A stretch of DNA of 56,802 nucleotides. Origin: Crocinitomicaceae bacterium (GTDB taxonomy: Bacteria > Bacteroidota > Bacteroidia > Flavobacteriales_D > Sanyastnellaceae). A program made the translations under genes and the position numbers. Below, one piece after another: positions 23,291-33,233 of this stretch. Location: positions 1 to 56,802 of the forward strand of contig PBIE01000044.1 in the NCBI GenBank assembly GCA_002720375.1, in the 5' to 3' direction. The notes below the pieces were generated by a model, which did not search any database, was not told the DNA's origin, and saw only the letters and a program-made list of their open reading frames with translations. Within the stretch, counting starts at the first letter, position 1, and the number at the start of each line of letters is the position of its first letter.

Positions 23291-25192
23291 ATGCCTGTTG
23301 CACTTCGTCGATTGGAGTTATTGACCGTCGCCATTGGATTCTTCCTCGCTGGAGGTTTAGCACCTCATATTTGTCTTGCTCAATCCGAAAGTCCCACAGT
23401 GGTCAAGATGGAGCCCCCCCACTGGTGGAATGAGGGGACCGAAATGGCTTTTGTCTTGGTTCTTCATGGCGAAAACCTAGCCGATTGCACGGTGTCAACA
23501 CAAGCGCAAGGAATTCGTGTTTTATCCAACGAGCGCAGGTCCAGCCCCGATTTTCTCTTTGTTCGACTTGGAATCGAGTCTGGATGCCTGCCTGGAGACA
23601 AATATTTAATCCTCATGGATAACAGCGGCCACCAGCGCGATATCGTCTACCCCATCCGCGATGGGCGCATGCGTCCAATATGCGGTCAAGGCGTGGAATC
23701 AGGCTCTACCATGTACCTCATTATGCCCGATCGCTTTGCCAATGGCGATGAAGAAAACGACATGGGAGATGACCTTTTAGAAACCGGGGTCGATCGCGAG
23801 ACAATCGATGCGCGGCATGGGGGTGACCTGATCGGAATCAGTTCAAACGTGGATTATTTGGACGCATTGGGAGTGGATGCCGTCTGGCTGAACCCGGTTC
23901 TCCTTAACGACCAGCCTCGATGGAGCTATCATGGATATGCAGTGACAAACCACTACAAAGTCGACCCCAGGCTCGGCGGAAATGATGCCTACAAAAACAT
24001 GATTTCTATCTTCCACACCAGAGGCATACGGGTCATTCAGGACATCATCCTTAATCATTGGGGGCGCAACCATTGGATGCTGAACCCCCCTCCGGACAGC
24101 AGCTGGCTTCACCACTGGCCAGAATTTACACTGACCAACTACAACTGTAACGTGATGACTGACCCCCATGCAGTTGAACAAGAGGTCCTTGAGTTTAATC
24201 GGGGGTGGTTTGTCAAAGAAATGCCTGACTTGTCACCGAATGAAGATGCCATTCTCGCAGACATCCTGGTCCAAAATGCCCTCTGGTGGATCTCAGAGGC
24301 CGGTGTGGATGGATTTCGAATCGACACCTACCCATACTCCGATCAAGATTTTATGGTCTCCTTTGCCGACCGGATTCTCCGGCAACACCCGAATGCCTTT
24401 CTGTTTGGTGAATGCTGGGTGTCGAGCCCTTCTGCACAATCCGTATACCTTTCAGGAAGCGCGCTAGCATCGAGGGACACCCACCTGGAGAGCATTAAGG
24501 ATTTCCAGCTGTATTTCGCCATTCGGGACATGATTCAAGAGCCCCCTTCATGGCGAACGGGCATAACCCGCGTACACGGCATTCTGGGCCAGGATGGCGT
24601 CTACCCAAATCCTAACCGCTTGGTCACCTTTGTAGACAATCATGATACGGACCGCTGGCGGAGCACTGCTGGAGACCTCCAAAGAACCCGGTATGGCATT
24701 GGACTGGTGATGATGACCCGAGGCATTCCTTGCCTGTACTATGGGACAGAAATTGGAATGACGGGATTCGCAGCACCGGACGGCTTGGTGCGATGCGATT
24801 TTCCTGGCGGATGGACAGGAGACGCCAAAAATGCCTTCAACTCAACAGATCGAAACAAGGAGCAAGAGTCCCTTTGGCAATTCACGGCTTCACTCGGTCA
24901 GGCCCGTCGACGCTTTCGCGATGCCTTCTCTTCCCCGATGTCCCACCTCATTCCCAGAAATGGTCAGTATCATTTTTTGAGATCAGATGGCGAGCACCAC
25001 CTTTTGATTTTAACGAATGCGTCGGATAAGTCAACCGATTTGGATTGGTATCAGGTCGATCCACTCCGCAATGGTGCCAAGACATGCACTTCTCTCCTCG
25101 GGGAGTCTGGAGATGGGCCCGATTACCTCGACTGGGGCGCGCAACTCAAGCTAGAGCCTTGGCACTTCCAAGTCTACCTCATTGAGGACTGA
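23291..25192 (+). CDS. GH13 alpha-amylase-family glycoside hydrolase (cyclomaltodextrinase/neopullulanase-like) with signal peptide
   Basis: 633 aa. Motifs DRFANGD, HGGDLIGISSNVDYLDALGVDAVWLNPV, YHGYAVTNHYKVDPRLGG, region I VIQDIILNHWG, nucleophile region GVDGFRIDTYPY, acid/base FLFGECW, and region IV FVDNHDTDR. Confidence 0.92.
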   Translation: MPVALRRLELLTVAIGFFLAGGLAPHICLAQSESPTVVKMEPPHWWNEGTEMAFVLVLHGENLADCTVSTQAQGIRVLSNERRSSPDFLFVRLGIESGCLPGDKYLILMDNSGHQRDIVYPIRDGRMRPICGQGVESGSTMYLIMPDRFANGDEENDMGDDLLETGVDRETIDARHGGDLIGISSNVDYLDALGVDAVWLNPVLLNDQPRWSYHGYAVTNHYKVDPRLGGNDAYKNMISIFHTRGIRVIQDIILNHWGRNHWMLNPPPDSSWLHHWPEFTLTNYNCNVMTDPHAVEQEVLEFNRGWFVKEMPDLSPNEDAILADILVQNALWWISEAGVDGFRIDTYPYSDQDFMVSFADRILRQHPNAFLFGECWVSSPSAQSVYLSGSALASRDTHLESIKDFQLYFAIRDMIQEPPSWRTGITRVHGILGQDGVYPNPNRLVTFVDNHDTDRWRSTAGDLQRTRYGIGLVMMTRGIPCLYYGTEIGMTGFAAPDGLVRCDFPGGWTGDAKNAFNSTDRNKEQESLWQFTASLGQARRRFRDAFSSPMSHLIPRNGQYHFLRSDGEHHLLILTNASDKSTDLDWYQVDPLRNGAKTCTSLLGESGDGPDYLDWGAQLKLEPWHFQVYLIED

Positions 25193-25203
25193 ACTTTCTC
25201 AGC

Positions 25204-25701
25204 TCATCCACCGGAAATGGTTTTGCGCCATGGCTCGTGCACGCGACAAACTTTTCCAGCCTCAGTGTCCCAGCTCACAAGAGTGGTTGCCCCCCGAAAA
25301 GCGAGTTCCGTATTGTCTTCCCTCCCCCCCTTCATGACAAAACCTTCGTATTTGACATTGATGCTCGTGTTGCCCATTCCGGAGGCTCCAACTCTAATGA
25401 TGAGTCTGTCATTGGGTTTCACAGGCTGGATGTAGTCCATCTCATTGCGCACCACCAATACCCCGTGCTTTTCAAAGTCCCACTTCTCTGGAACACAAGC
25501 CTCAAACCACGCAATGCGTGCCTCTTCCAGAAAGGAGAAGTATTTGGCGTTGTTGACATGGCCAAACAAGTCCATGTCGCTATATCGCAGTGTCACTTCA
25601 AAATCGATACTAGGCCCCATGGAATCAAAGGGCAAACGGAGTGGGTTGACCGGGTCGGATGGGGGCAAATCTGATGACATGGAAGGACAAATTTCGATCA
25701 T
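25204..25701 (-). CDS. Acyl-CoA thioesterase, 4HBT/YbgC-like hotdog fold
   Basis: 165 aa (start could be the internal ATG at 25680). Motifs RYSDMDLFGHVNNAKYFSFLEEARIAWF and VVRNEMDYIQPV. Confidence 0.8.
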   Translation of the reverse strand: MIEICPSMSSDLPPSDPVNPLRLPFDSMGPSIDFEVTLRYSDMDLFGHVNNAKYFSFLEEARIAWFEACVPEKWDFEKHGVLVVRNEMDYIQPVKPNDRLIIRVGASGMGNTSINVKYEGFVMKGGREDNTELAFRGATTLVSWDTEAGKVCRVHEPWRKTISGG

Positions 25702-25817
25702 CCCCCGGGAACCCGCGCCATTGCTGCAATTCTGGGTTTTTCCAAAAATGATAAAGGTTTATTCACAAACTGAATAAAAAGGCCCTGCAACCCGCTAAGG
25801 ACGGGGGATTTCGCATA

Positions 25818-25825
25818 TACATTTG
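25818..25825 (+). promoter_or_regulatory. Candidate Bacteroidota -7 promoter element (TAnnTTTG) upstream of hup
   Basis: TACATTTG ends 28 nt before ATG 25853. No convincing -33 TTG was seen at the expected spacing. Confidence 0.3.
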
Positions 25826-25852
25826 GGACGTTCACAACCCAAAAAGAATATC

Positions 25853-26125
25853 ATGAACAAATCAGAACTCCGTGATGCCATGGCCGAAGGCGCTGGCATC
25901 AGCAAGGCCGACGCCGGCCGCGCCCTCGACGCTTTCATCGATGCCACCAGCGGCGCCCTCAAAGGTGGTGAGCGTGTGGCCCTCGTTGGCTTTGGCTCTT
26001 TCTCCGTGACGCACCGTGAAGCCCGTAAAGGCCGCAACCCGCAAACCGGTAAGGAAATCACAATCGCAGCGAAGAACGTGGTTAAGTTCAAGCCAGGTGC
26101 TGAACTGAACGCGAAAGTCAAGTAA
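25853..26125 (+). CDS. hup: HU-family nucleoid-associated DNA-binding protein
   Basis: 90 aa from ATG 25853: [28 protein letters not shown]...[37 protein letters not shown]. Confidence 0.93.
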   Translation: MNKSELRDAMAEGAGISKADAGRALDAFIDATSGALKGGERVALVGFGSFSVTHREARKGRNPQTGKEITIAAKNVVKFKPGAELNAKVK

Positions 26126-26145
26126 TCCTATTCGCAAACGAAAAC

Positions 26146-26183
26146 AAAATCCCCGAACTGCCTTGTGCAGTTCGGGGATTTTC
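26146..26183 (+). terminator. Rho-independent terminator after hup
   Basis: Perfect 15-bp stem AAAATCCCCGAACTG (26146-26160) / CAGTTCGGGGATTTT (26168-26182) with a 7-nt loop. The T tract is at the 3' end of the stem. Confidence 0.75.
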
Positions 26184-26191
26184 ATTGCCCT

Positions 26192-26869
26192 ATGGACGAC
26201 CGTTACGCCCTCCTTTCTCCCTACCTAACGGATGCGCGAAAACAGCGCTTTGGAGACGTTTTGGGCCAGCGTACCAATTGGGTAACTGCTGTAACCGAAG
26301 ACCTTTTCGATTCACACAACATCTCTGCGGTGCTGCGAAGCTGCGATGGTTTTGGGATTCAAACGGCACACGTCATCGAGGTACAAAATCCATACAGGGT
26401 ATCTCCAGGAGTGGCCAAGGGGGCTGCAAAATGGCTGGACATTGAACGCCATACCGACACAATCCATGCCCTCCGCGATTTGAAAAGCAGGGGGTATATC
26501 ATTTGTTGCACCACCCCACACACAAGTGATACCACGCCAGAAGAAATGCCCATCGACCGGCCTGTGGCCTTGGTCTTTGGCTCGGAAGGACCCGGTATAT
26601 CGGAGGCCGCCCGAGCAGAAGCCGACCTTTTTGTTCGCATTCCCATGTATGGGTTTACGGAAAGCTTCAACATCTCGGTTGCCGCCGCCCTTACCCTTCA
26701 AACAGTCACACACCGAGTTCGCCTGAGGGAAGACTTGGATTGGAAAATCCCTGAACAGGAGCATCCCCGCATTCTCGGCGATTGGGCATCCCGGACGGTG
26801 AAGGACGCCCACAATCTGATCGAGCGGTTGAAAAATGGCGGTGATTCCCCCTCGCCTCGGCCCGAATGA
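26192..26869 (+). CDS. trmH: SpoU/TrmH-family RNA 2'-O-methyltransferase (tRNA Gm18-type)
   Basis: ATG 26192 (MDDRYALLSPYL) was chosen because the upstream in-frame start at 26165 lies inside the hup terminator hairpin. Motifs NISAVLRSCDGFGIQ, LVFGSEGPGIS, and IPMYGFTESFNISVAAAL. Confidence 0.85.
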   Translation: MDDRYALLSPYLTDARKQRFGDVLGQRTNWVTAVTEDLFDSHNISAVLRSCDGFGIQTAHVIEVQNPYRVSPGVAKGAAKWLDIERHTDTIHALRDLKSRGYIICCTTPHTSDTTPEEMPIDRPVALVFGSEGPGISEAARAEADLFVRIPMYGFTESFNISVAAALTLQTVTHRVRLREDLDWKIPEQEHPRILGDWASRTVKDAHNLIERLKNGGDSPSPRPE

Positions 26870-26878
26870 GCCCCTGCC

Positions 26879-28204
26879 ATGGAGCCGCTGAAAACTGATT
26901 ATCGGTCCATCTTGAGTTTGGCCCTTCCCGTCTCAGCGGGCACATTTATGCAGTTTCTCGTTGTCTTAACAGACAACTATTTCCTGAGCCGCACATCTGA
27001 TGTGGCGTTGAACGGAGCAGGCAATGCCGGATTGCTCTACATCACACTGGCCATGATTGGAGCTGGATTCTCCAATACCGGTCAAATTCTCATCGCCCGG
27101 CGCACGGGAGAGGGGCAACAAAACGAAGGGCTCAGCATCTTGTCTAGCGGACTTGTGGTCGTCGCTTCTGTGGGGCTCTTTCTCATCCTCATTGTGGAGG
27201 GCGCTTTGACAGCTGGCTTCTCCAATGTCTTTCGAGACGCCACAACAGGGCTTGTCTTTTCAGAATTCTTGAGCATAAGAAAATGGGGGTACGTCCCCTC
27301 CTTTCTCATGATGATGCTCAACGCATTTTTCATGGGCACAGCGCGCTCTCGTATTCTGATGTGGTCCATGATCACCACGGGGGCTGTCAATGTCATTGGA
27401 GACGCATTGCTGATGGGAGGACATGGCTTTATTCCCGCCATGGGGGCCCGAGGTGCTGCATGGGCAAGCCTTGCGGCCGAATGCACAGGCCTGCTGGTCT
27501 TGATTGGTTATGCCCTCCGCCATCACGGTCGAGCCATCTGGACCTCACCGCTGCTCAATCGAGACAAAATGCGAGATTGGGTGAAGCTGGCAGGGCCAAT
27601 GGTTGCTCAACTGACCTTGACTCTGGGCACGTGGAGCATGTTCTTTTTTCTCGTGGAACAAGTGGGTGTACTTGAACTAAAGGTGAGTCACATCGTTAGG
27701 AATTTCTTTATGCTCGCTTTTGTGGTATCGCAAGGCATCCAGCAAACCACAAGAACCCTTGTCAGCGCTCTCATCGGCGCAGGGAGACAAAACGAGCTCC
27801 ACCAAGTCATGCTTCGGCTTTTCGTTGTCAACCTTTGCGGCATCTTTATGATGACACACGGTGGGGTCTTCTATCCTGCAGTGCTGGCTTCCCCCTTTTT
27901 CGATGATTTAGCGGGTACAGCTGCGGCGGCACGGACGCTGCCCGTTATTTTCTTTGCAATGCTCATCTACAGCGGGAGCTCGGTTCTGTTGAGCACCATA
28001 CAGGGCAGTGGCCACACGAGGACAGCCCTTGTTATCGAGCTTTCCTCCTTAATGGTCTACACCCTATTGGCCATTTATGTGACGCTGATTCATCCTCAGC
28101 CCGTCTGGCGTATTTGGTGGGTTGAATTGTCATATTTCAGCGGTCTTGGTTTGGGGTCGGTCTTGTTCCTTCTTCGGTGGGAATGGAAATCAAAGGTCCT
28201 TTGA
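26879..28204 (+). CDS. MATE-family efflux transporter
   Basis: 441 aa, about 12 hydrophobic helices. N-terminal YRSILSLALPVSAGTFMQFLVVLTDNYFLSR is typical of MatE repeats, and there is an internal duplication. Confidence 0.88.
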   Translation: MEPLKTDYRSILSLALPVSAGTFMQFLVVLTDNYFLSRTSDVALNGAGNAGLLYITLAMIGAGFSNTGQILIARRTGEGQQNEGLSILSSGLVVVASVGLFLILIVEGALTAGFSNVFRDATTGLVFSEFLSIRKWGYVPSFLMMMLNAFFMGTARSRILMWSMITTGAVNVIGDALLMGGHGFIPAMGARGAAWASLAAECTGLLVLIGYALRHHGRAIWTSPLLNRDKMRDWVKLAGPMVAQLTLTLGTWSMFFFLVEQVGVLELKVSHIVRNFFMLAFVVSQGIQQTTRTLVSALIGAGRQNELHQVMLRLFVVNLCGIFMMTHGGVFYPAVLASPFFDDLAGTAAAARTLPVIFFAMLIYSGSSVLLSTIQGSGHTRTALVIELSSLMVYTLLAIYVTLIHPQPVWRIWWVELSYFSGLGLGSVLFLLRWEWKSKVL

Positions 28205-28238
28205 CCGCCCTCCCGGTGGCTAACTTTGCGCCAGCACC

Positions 28239-29207
28239 ATGAGCTCCTCCAGTTTGCGCATTGTCTTTTTTGGTACGCCCGATTTTGCGGAGGCGGGACT
28301 CAGGGCACTGTATGAATCAGACCACGAGGTGGTTGGCGTCGTCACCGCACCGGACAGAAAAGCCGGCCGCGGGCAACAACTTCTTCCATCGCGGGTCAAA
28401 ATGGCGGCTCAGGAACTCGGGCTTCCAATCGCCCAGCCCGAAAGATTGCGTGCGCCTCAATTCTTATCGCAACTCGAAAGGTGGAACGGAGACCTGTTTG
28501 CAGTCGTGGCCTTTCGCATGATCCCCGAAGCCGTCTGGGCAATGCCTCCAAAGGGAACAGTCAACGTACACGGAAGCCTCCTGCCTGACTTTCGAGGCGC
28601 GGCCCCCATCCAGCACGCCATAACAGCCGGTGTAAGCCGGACCGGCGTCACGTCATTCTTTATCACCAAAGACATCGACACAGGAAGATTGCTCCTCCAG
28701 CGCTCCACACCAGTTTCGGAATCAGATACCGCAGGCTCGGTCTACGAACGACTGATGCACGCTGGCGCAGGATTGGTGGTGGACACAGCAGACGCTTTGG
28801 CAGCCCATCGTCTCAAAGGTGTGCCCCAGTCGCTATTGGTGCGCGGTGATGAGCGTGACGCCCCCAAACTTTCTAGACAAGATGGACGTGTGGATTGGCG
28901 CAAATCTCCTCAGGAAGTCGCCAATTTTATAAGGGGAATGACACCATTTCCTGGTGCTTGGACCACCTTGAATGGGGCCACCATCAAAGTGAAGGAACCC
29001 CGTCTGCCCAAACCAACTGAACACATTCCAGAAGGGTTAAAGGCGGGGGACTGCACGGTCGAAGGCGGTCGATTTTGGGTCGGAACAGCCAATGGTTGTC
29101 TCGAAGTGGTGAAGGGCCAATTCTCCGGAAAACCCTTCATGCCTGTGGTCGAAATTCTCCGTGGCTATCGCTTTCCCGTGAGCTCGCTGGGAACGGACGG
29201 ACACTGA
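28239..29207 (+). CDS. fmt: Methionyl-tRNA formyltransferase
   Basis: 322 aa. Motifs RIVFFGTPDFA and VNVHGSLLPDFRGAAPIQHAI, plus a C-terminal Fmt_C-like domain. Confidence 0.95.
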   Translation: MSSSSLRIVFFGTPDFAEAGLRALYESDHEVVGVVTAPDRKAGRGQQLLPSRVKMAAQELGLPIAQPERLRAPQFLSQLERWNGDLFAVVAFRMIPEAVWAMPPKGTVNVHGSLLPDFRGAAPIQHAITAGVSRTGVTSFFITKDIDTGRLLLQRSTPVSESDTAGSVYERLMHAGAGLVVDTADALAAHRLKGVPQSLLVRGDERDAPKLSRQDGRVDWRKSPQEVANFIRGMTPFPGAWTTLNGATIKVKEPRLPKPTEHIPEGLKAGDCTVEGGRFWVGTANGCLEVVKGQFSGKPFMPVVEILRGYRFPVSSLGTDGH

Positions 29208-29213
29208 CACGTG

Positions 29214-32200
29214 TCAATCCACTCCTCCATAGGCCTCCAAGAGCAAGTCGAGTATTTCAGTGGCGGACTGGACCACAGGGGTTCCAGGCCCAAAAATGGC
29301 AGTGGCTCCCTCATCGTACAACGCGGCATAGTCTTCCCTCGGAATCACGCCGCCCACCACGATCAACATGTCTTCACGGCCATAATGCCGGAGCGCCTCC
29401 ATCAAGGCTGGCACCAAGACCAAATGGCCTGCAGCCAACGTAGAAACTCCGACCACGTGAACATCATTCTCCACAGCTTGACGCGCCACTTCATCGGGCG
29501 TCTGAAATAGGGAACCCAGGTCCACATCGAAGCCCAGGTCTGCAAAGGCACTTGCGATAACCTTGGCCCCGCGATCGTGACCGTCCTGGCCCATCTTGGC
29601 CACGAGTATTCTGGGCTGTCGCCCCTCCAATTCGGCAAACTTCTCTGCTTTCTGCACAGCCATCCTGAACTCTTCGCGTTCTCCCAGTTGCTTTCGGAAA
29701 ATACCCCGAACTGGTCGAACAACCGGCACATGCCGACCAAATACGCGCTCGAGCGCATCAGACATTTCGCCAAGGGTGCAACGCAAGCGAGCAGCTGCAA
29801 CGGCCGCAGCCAACAAGTTTCCATCACCCCTAGCGGCTGTCTCCATCGACTTTAAGGCTGATTGGGCTGCCGATTCATCCCGCTCATGCTTAAGGAATTT
29901 GAGCTGCTCTACTTGCCCCTTCAAAACGGCCTTATGTTCGACCTTAAGCACATCCATGTTTTCAGGTGCTCGGCCGGCAAACAGATTCAAGCCCACAATG
30001 CGATCAAGGCCCGCGTCAATTCGAGACTGTTTTTCTGCGGCTGCTGTTTCTATTCCCTGCATCGGCAGACCCAAATCAATTGCACGAGGCATCCCTCCGG
30101 CTGACTCCATCTCTTGAATGATGGCCTCTGCAAGCTGAATGAGTTCTCGGGTTTTTGCCGCCACTGTCGGGTCACCTCCGAGAGGATCGACCCAACGCGT
30201 TGTCCCCGCCTCCTGTTGCAAAATCAACTGGGTATTACGGGCAATTCGTGCAGAATCCTCAGTGGGCAGCGCAATGGCCTCATCAAGCGAATTGGTATGA
30301 AGGCTCTGGGTGCCTCCCCAGACAGCCGCAAGTGCCTCTAAGGCCGTCCTGGATACGTTGTTGATGGGGTCTTGTTCGGTCAAGGTCCAGCCGCTGGTCT
30401 GGCAGTGCGTCCTCAGCATGGACGACCTCGGATTTTTTGGGTTGAAGCGAGCCATGTGTTGCGCCCACAGGACCCGTCCTGCCCGGAGCTTTGCTACTTC
30501 CGTTATCAAGTCCATTCCAATACCCCAGAAGAAACTGAGGCGTGGCGCAAATCGGTCCACATCCAATCCTGCATCAATTCCGGCTTGAACGTATGCCAAT
30601 CCGTTGGCAATGGTGTAAGCCAACTCAAGCTCGGCAGTGGCCCCCGCCTCCTGCATGTGGTAACCTGAAATGCTAATCGAATTGAACTTCGGCATGTTCG
30701 CCGCAGTGAACGCGAAAATGTCGCTGATAACGCGCATGCTCGGTGCAGGCGGATAAATGAAGGTGTTCCGCACCATGAACTCCTTCAGGATGTCGTTCTG
30801 GATGGTTCCAGCCAGCAATTCAGATGACACTCCCTGTTCTTCTGCGGCCACGATGTAAAAGGCCATGATTGGAAGCACGGCCCCATTCATTGTCATCGAC
30901 ACACTCATGCGGTCGAGGGGAATACCATCAAACAATCGCTTCATGTCCTCGACACTGTCTATTGCCACACCTGCCTTTCCCACGTCGCCCGACACCCTCG
31001 GATGGTCACTGTCGTATCCACGGTGCGTCGCTAGGTCAAATGCGACACTCAAACCCTTCTGGCCCTCCGCAAGGTTCTTGCGGTAGAATGCGTTTGACGC
31101 CTCTGCTGTACTGAATCCAGCATATTGGCGAATCGTCCACGGCCGTTGGGTGTACATACTGGCGTAGGGTCCCCTGAGGTAAGGCGCGTCCCCTGCATCC
31201 GAAGATTCGATGTCTCCACCCTCACCTGAAGAGGGGCATTTAATGAGGACTGGATCAATCTGAGCTGGAAGTTTTCGCGCTGCCTCTGCAGCGGACAAGG
31301 ACCCCCAAGCGACCGAATGGCGTCTCGCTGCCTCACAAAAGGCTGCAGCAAGGCTATCTACAACAGGGGATACAATGGCGTCCGGGTGCTTAAGACCCGA
31401 TTCTTCTCTCAACAAGTGCAAGGCATTCCTAGACCACTTCTTCGGCTCTGAAAGGTCGAGCAGCGTCGCCTTGGGGTCAGGTTGTCCCGCCATCACAGCG
31501 TCAAATCCACTCAAGGCACCACCCAAAGAGCAGGTCATCTGTCGCACCAGATTGTCCCGACCCGAATCAGGAGACAGCCCCGTCGAATCGGGCACAGCGC
31601 GCAACCGGGGCCAATTGTCTTCGCCAAGCGTCTGGATAAGCAGCCGCTTCAGCGCCTCAGCCTGTGCCAAGCCAACCACCGGGTCTCGATCCAATGTCAA
31701 GTCGATGCAAATTCGTGTGGCATCTCCGCCCAGCACTTTCGCCGCCTCTGTAGCGGCCTTGACGGCCAATGCCAGTCTTCCCGACCGAGTCCAAGAAAGG
31801 CAAGGTTTGTCGGTGATTAGGCAAGCACGCAACCCTTGTACTTCCATCGCATCGAGGGCAAGAACATGCGATTGAAAATCCTGACACGACCACCAATCAA
31901 ACAGGACGCCACCCTGAATGGGAAGCCAATCTCCAGGCAATGCAGCGGCTTGTTCCGCGCTGCCTACCCATTCAATGTCCACGTAATCCCGAATGACCCC
32001 TTTGAGCCATACGTCTGGATGTTGGCAGTCCACCAGCCGCATGGCCTCTGCGCCACCCTCCAAAGCGGGCATCACCTCCTCGGCTGATTCGATGTCCACT
32101 GAAATCTGCCATGGCTCCCGCGACTGTAACCTCGCCGATTCAACGGTCCGAAAAGGATGGTATGCCGGAATAAAGATCTCTCCACCATCGAGTTCGACAT

Positions 32201-32294
32201 GCGTTCGGGGCGGATTTCCCCCTCTCCATCCTGCCTCAACGGCTTCCTTCCATGCCTTCCATCCCTCCGGCTTGCTGGATGATGTGGATTCCAT
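29214..32294 (-). CDS. Methylmalonyl-CoA mutase, single-chain fusion of MutA-like N-terminal region, catalytic barrel and B12-binding domain
   Basis: 1026 aa. aa ~1-360 is a degenerate small-subunit-like region ([14 protein letters not shown]). Catalytic core [61 protein letters not shown]-terminal cobalamin domain [30 protein letters not shown]. No P-loop seen. Confidence 0.9.
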   Translation of the reverse strand: MESTSSSKPEGWKAWKEAVEAGWRGGNPPRTHVELDGGEIFIPAYHPFRTVESARLQSREPWQISVDIESAEEVMPALEGGAEAMRLVDCQHPDVWLKGVIRDYVDIEWVGSAEQAAALPGDWLPIQGGVLFDWWSCQDFQSHVLALDAMEVQGLRACLITDKPCLSWTRSGRLALAVKAATEAAKVLGGDATRICIDLTLDRDPVVGLAQAEALKRLLIQTLGEDNWPRLRAVPDSTGLSPDSGRDNLVRQMTCSLGGALSGFDAVMAGQPDPKATLLDLSEPKKWSRNALHLLREESGLKHPDAIVSPVVDSLAAAFCEAARRHSVAWGSLSAAEAARKLPAQIDPVLIKCPSSGEGGDIESSDAGDAPYLRGPYASMYTQRPWTIRQYAGFSTAEASNAFYRKNLAEGQKGLSVAFDLATHRGYDSDHPRVSGDVGKAGVAIDSVEDMKRLFDGIPLDRMSVSMTMNGAVLPIMAFYIVAAEEQGVSSELLAGTIQNDILKEFMVRNTFIYPPAPSMRVISDIFAFTAANMPKFNSISISGYHMQEAGATAELELAYTIANGLAYVQAGIDAGLDVDRFAPRLSFFWGIGMDLITEVAKLRAGRVLWAQHMARFNPKNPRSSMLRTHCQTSGWTLTEQDPINNVSRTALEALAAVWGGTQSLHTNSLDEAIALPTEDSARIARNTQLILQQEAGTTRWVDPLGGDPTVAAKTRELIQLAEAIIQEMESAGGMPRAIDLGLPMQGIETAAAEKQSRIDAGLDRIVGLNLFAGRAPENMDVLKVEHKAVLKGQVEQLKFLKHERDESAAQSALKSMETAARGDGNLLAAAVAAARLRCTLGEMSDALERVFGRHVPVVRPVRGIFRKQLGEREEFRMAVQKAEKFAELEGRQPRILVAKMGQDGHDRGAKVIASAFADLGFDVDLGSLFQTPDEVARQAVENDVHVVGVSTLAAGHLVLVPALMEALRHYGREDMLIVVGGVIPREDYAALYDEGATAIFGPGTPVVQSATEILDLLLEAYGGVD

Positions 32295-32333
32295 GCCCCC
32301 AAGTTAAACGCCCTTGCGCCCTAATTTCGAAGC

Positions 32334-32690
32334 ATGGACAGCACGAATGGCCCAGTGGAGCCTCTTGTGGACATTTCAGCGTTTTCCGCATCCGATATAC
32401 GTGTCGGTACCATTTTGGAAGCCAGTCCATTCGAAGGTGCCCGACGCCCTGCGTATGTCATTCAAATTGATTTTGGCCCATTGGGCGTTTTGAAGTCCAC
32501 GGCACAAATCACAGAAGACCATTCACCCGAAGGGCTTTTGGGCAAAAAAATAGTCGCGGTGGTCAACCTTCCGCCCAAGCAGGTAGGGCCGCACACCAGC
32601 CGGTGTTTGGTCCTCGGTGCAGTACACGGCAAGCACGTTGGGCTGCTCTCTGTGCCGGAAAATGTACCCAATGGAACTCGAATTCGTTGA
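32334..32690 (+). CDS. tRNA-binding domain protein (CsaA/EMAP-like)
   Basis: 118 aa. Motifs DIRVGTILEASPFEGARRPAYVIQIDFGPLG and KIVAVVNLPPKQVGPHTSRCLVLG. Confidence 0.85.
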   Translation: MDSTNGPVEPLVDISAFSASDIRVGTILEASPFEGARRPAYVIQIDFGPLGVLKSTAQITEDHSPEGLLGKKIVAVVNLPPKQVGPHTSRCLVLGAVHGKHVGLLSVPENVPNGTRIR

Positions 32691-32694
32691 CCTG

Positions 32695-33222
32695 ATGGCG
32701 ATGGAAACCTCAATCCCTCCTGTTTATGACCGAGCCATTCTGTTGGATCGGGACGGCATCATCAACCATGACCCAGGCGATTACACAACGTGCGTGGCTG
32801 AGTTTCACATTCTTCCCACTGTCTTGGAGACACTCCGCAAATGGAAGGCGGAAGGTTTTAAGCTGATTCTGATCACGAACCAAGGGGGCATCGCCAAGGG
32901 GCGATATGGTCACAGCGAGGTAGAAGCGATTCACACCGTGCTGCGCGATGCCTGCGACGCTGTCGGAGCACCTTTGGATGACATCTTCTACAGCCCGCAC
33001 CACCCCGACTGCGGTGCCAGCCTCAGCCGCAAGCCAGGTTCATTGATGGTCGAAAAGGCCTTGGCAAAACACCGCCTTGATCCAGGTCGATGCTGGATGT
33101 TCGGTGATAAGAAGCGCGACATCGAATGCGCCCTTGGCGCCGGTGTTCGCCATGGTGTCCTTTTGGCACCCAATGCCCCCCTTGCCAAATGGGTCAGCCT
33201 GCCGCTTGGAGGTCGGCCTTAA
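32695..33222 (+). CDS. gmhB: HAD-IIIA phosphatase, D,D-heptose 1,7-bisphosphate phosphatase-like
   Basis: ATG 32695 follows the upstream stop at 32690 (ATG 32701 is also possible). Motifs AILLDRDGIINHD, LILITNQGGIAKG, Zn-like PHHPDCG, and MFGDKKRDIECALGAG. Confidence 0.8.
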   Translation: MAMETSIPPVYDRAILLDRDGIINHDPGDYTTCVAEFHILPTVLETLRKWKAEGFKLILITNQGGIAKGRYGHSEVEAIHTVLRDACDAVGAPLDDIFYSPHHPDCGASLSRKPGSLMVEKALAKHRLDPGRCWMFGDKKRDIECALGAGVRHGVLLAPNAPLAKWVSLPLGGRP

Positions 33223-33233
33223 CTTTGCCCAAC

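Noticed and set aside
29214-32294. IcmF-type fused isobutyryl-CoA mutase
   Set aside because: IcmF has an N-terminal B12 domain and an internal MeaB-like GTPase. Here the B12 domain is C-terminal and I found no GxxGxGK[ST] P-loop.
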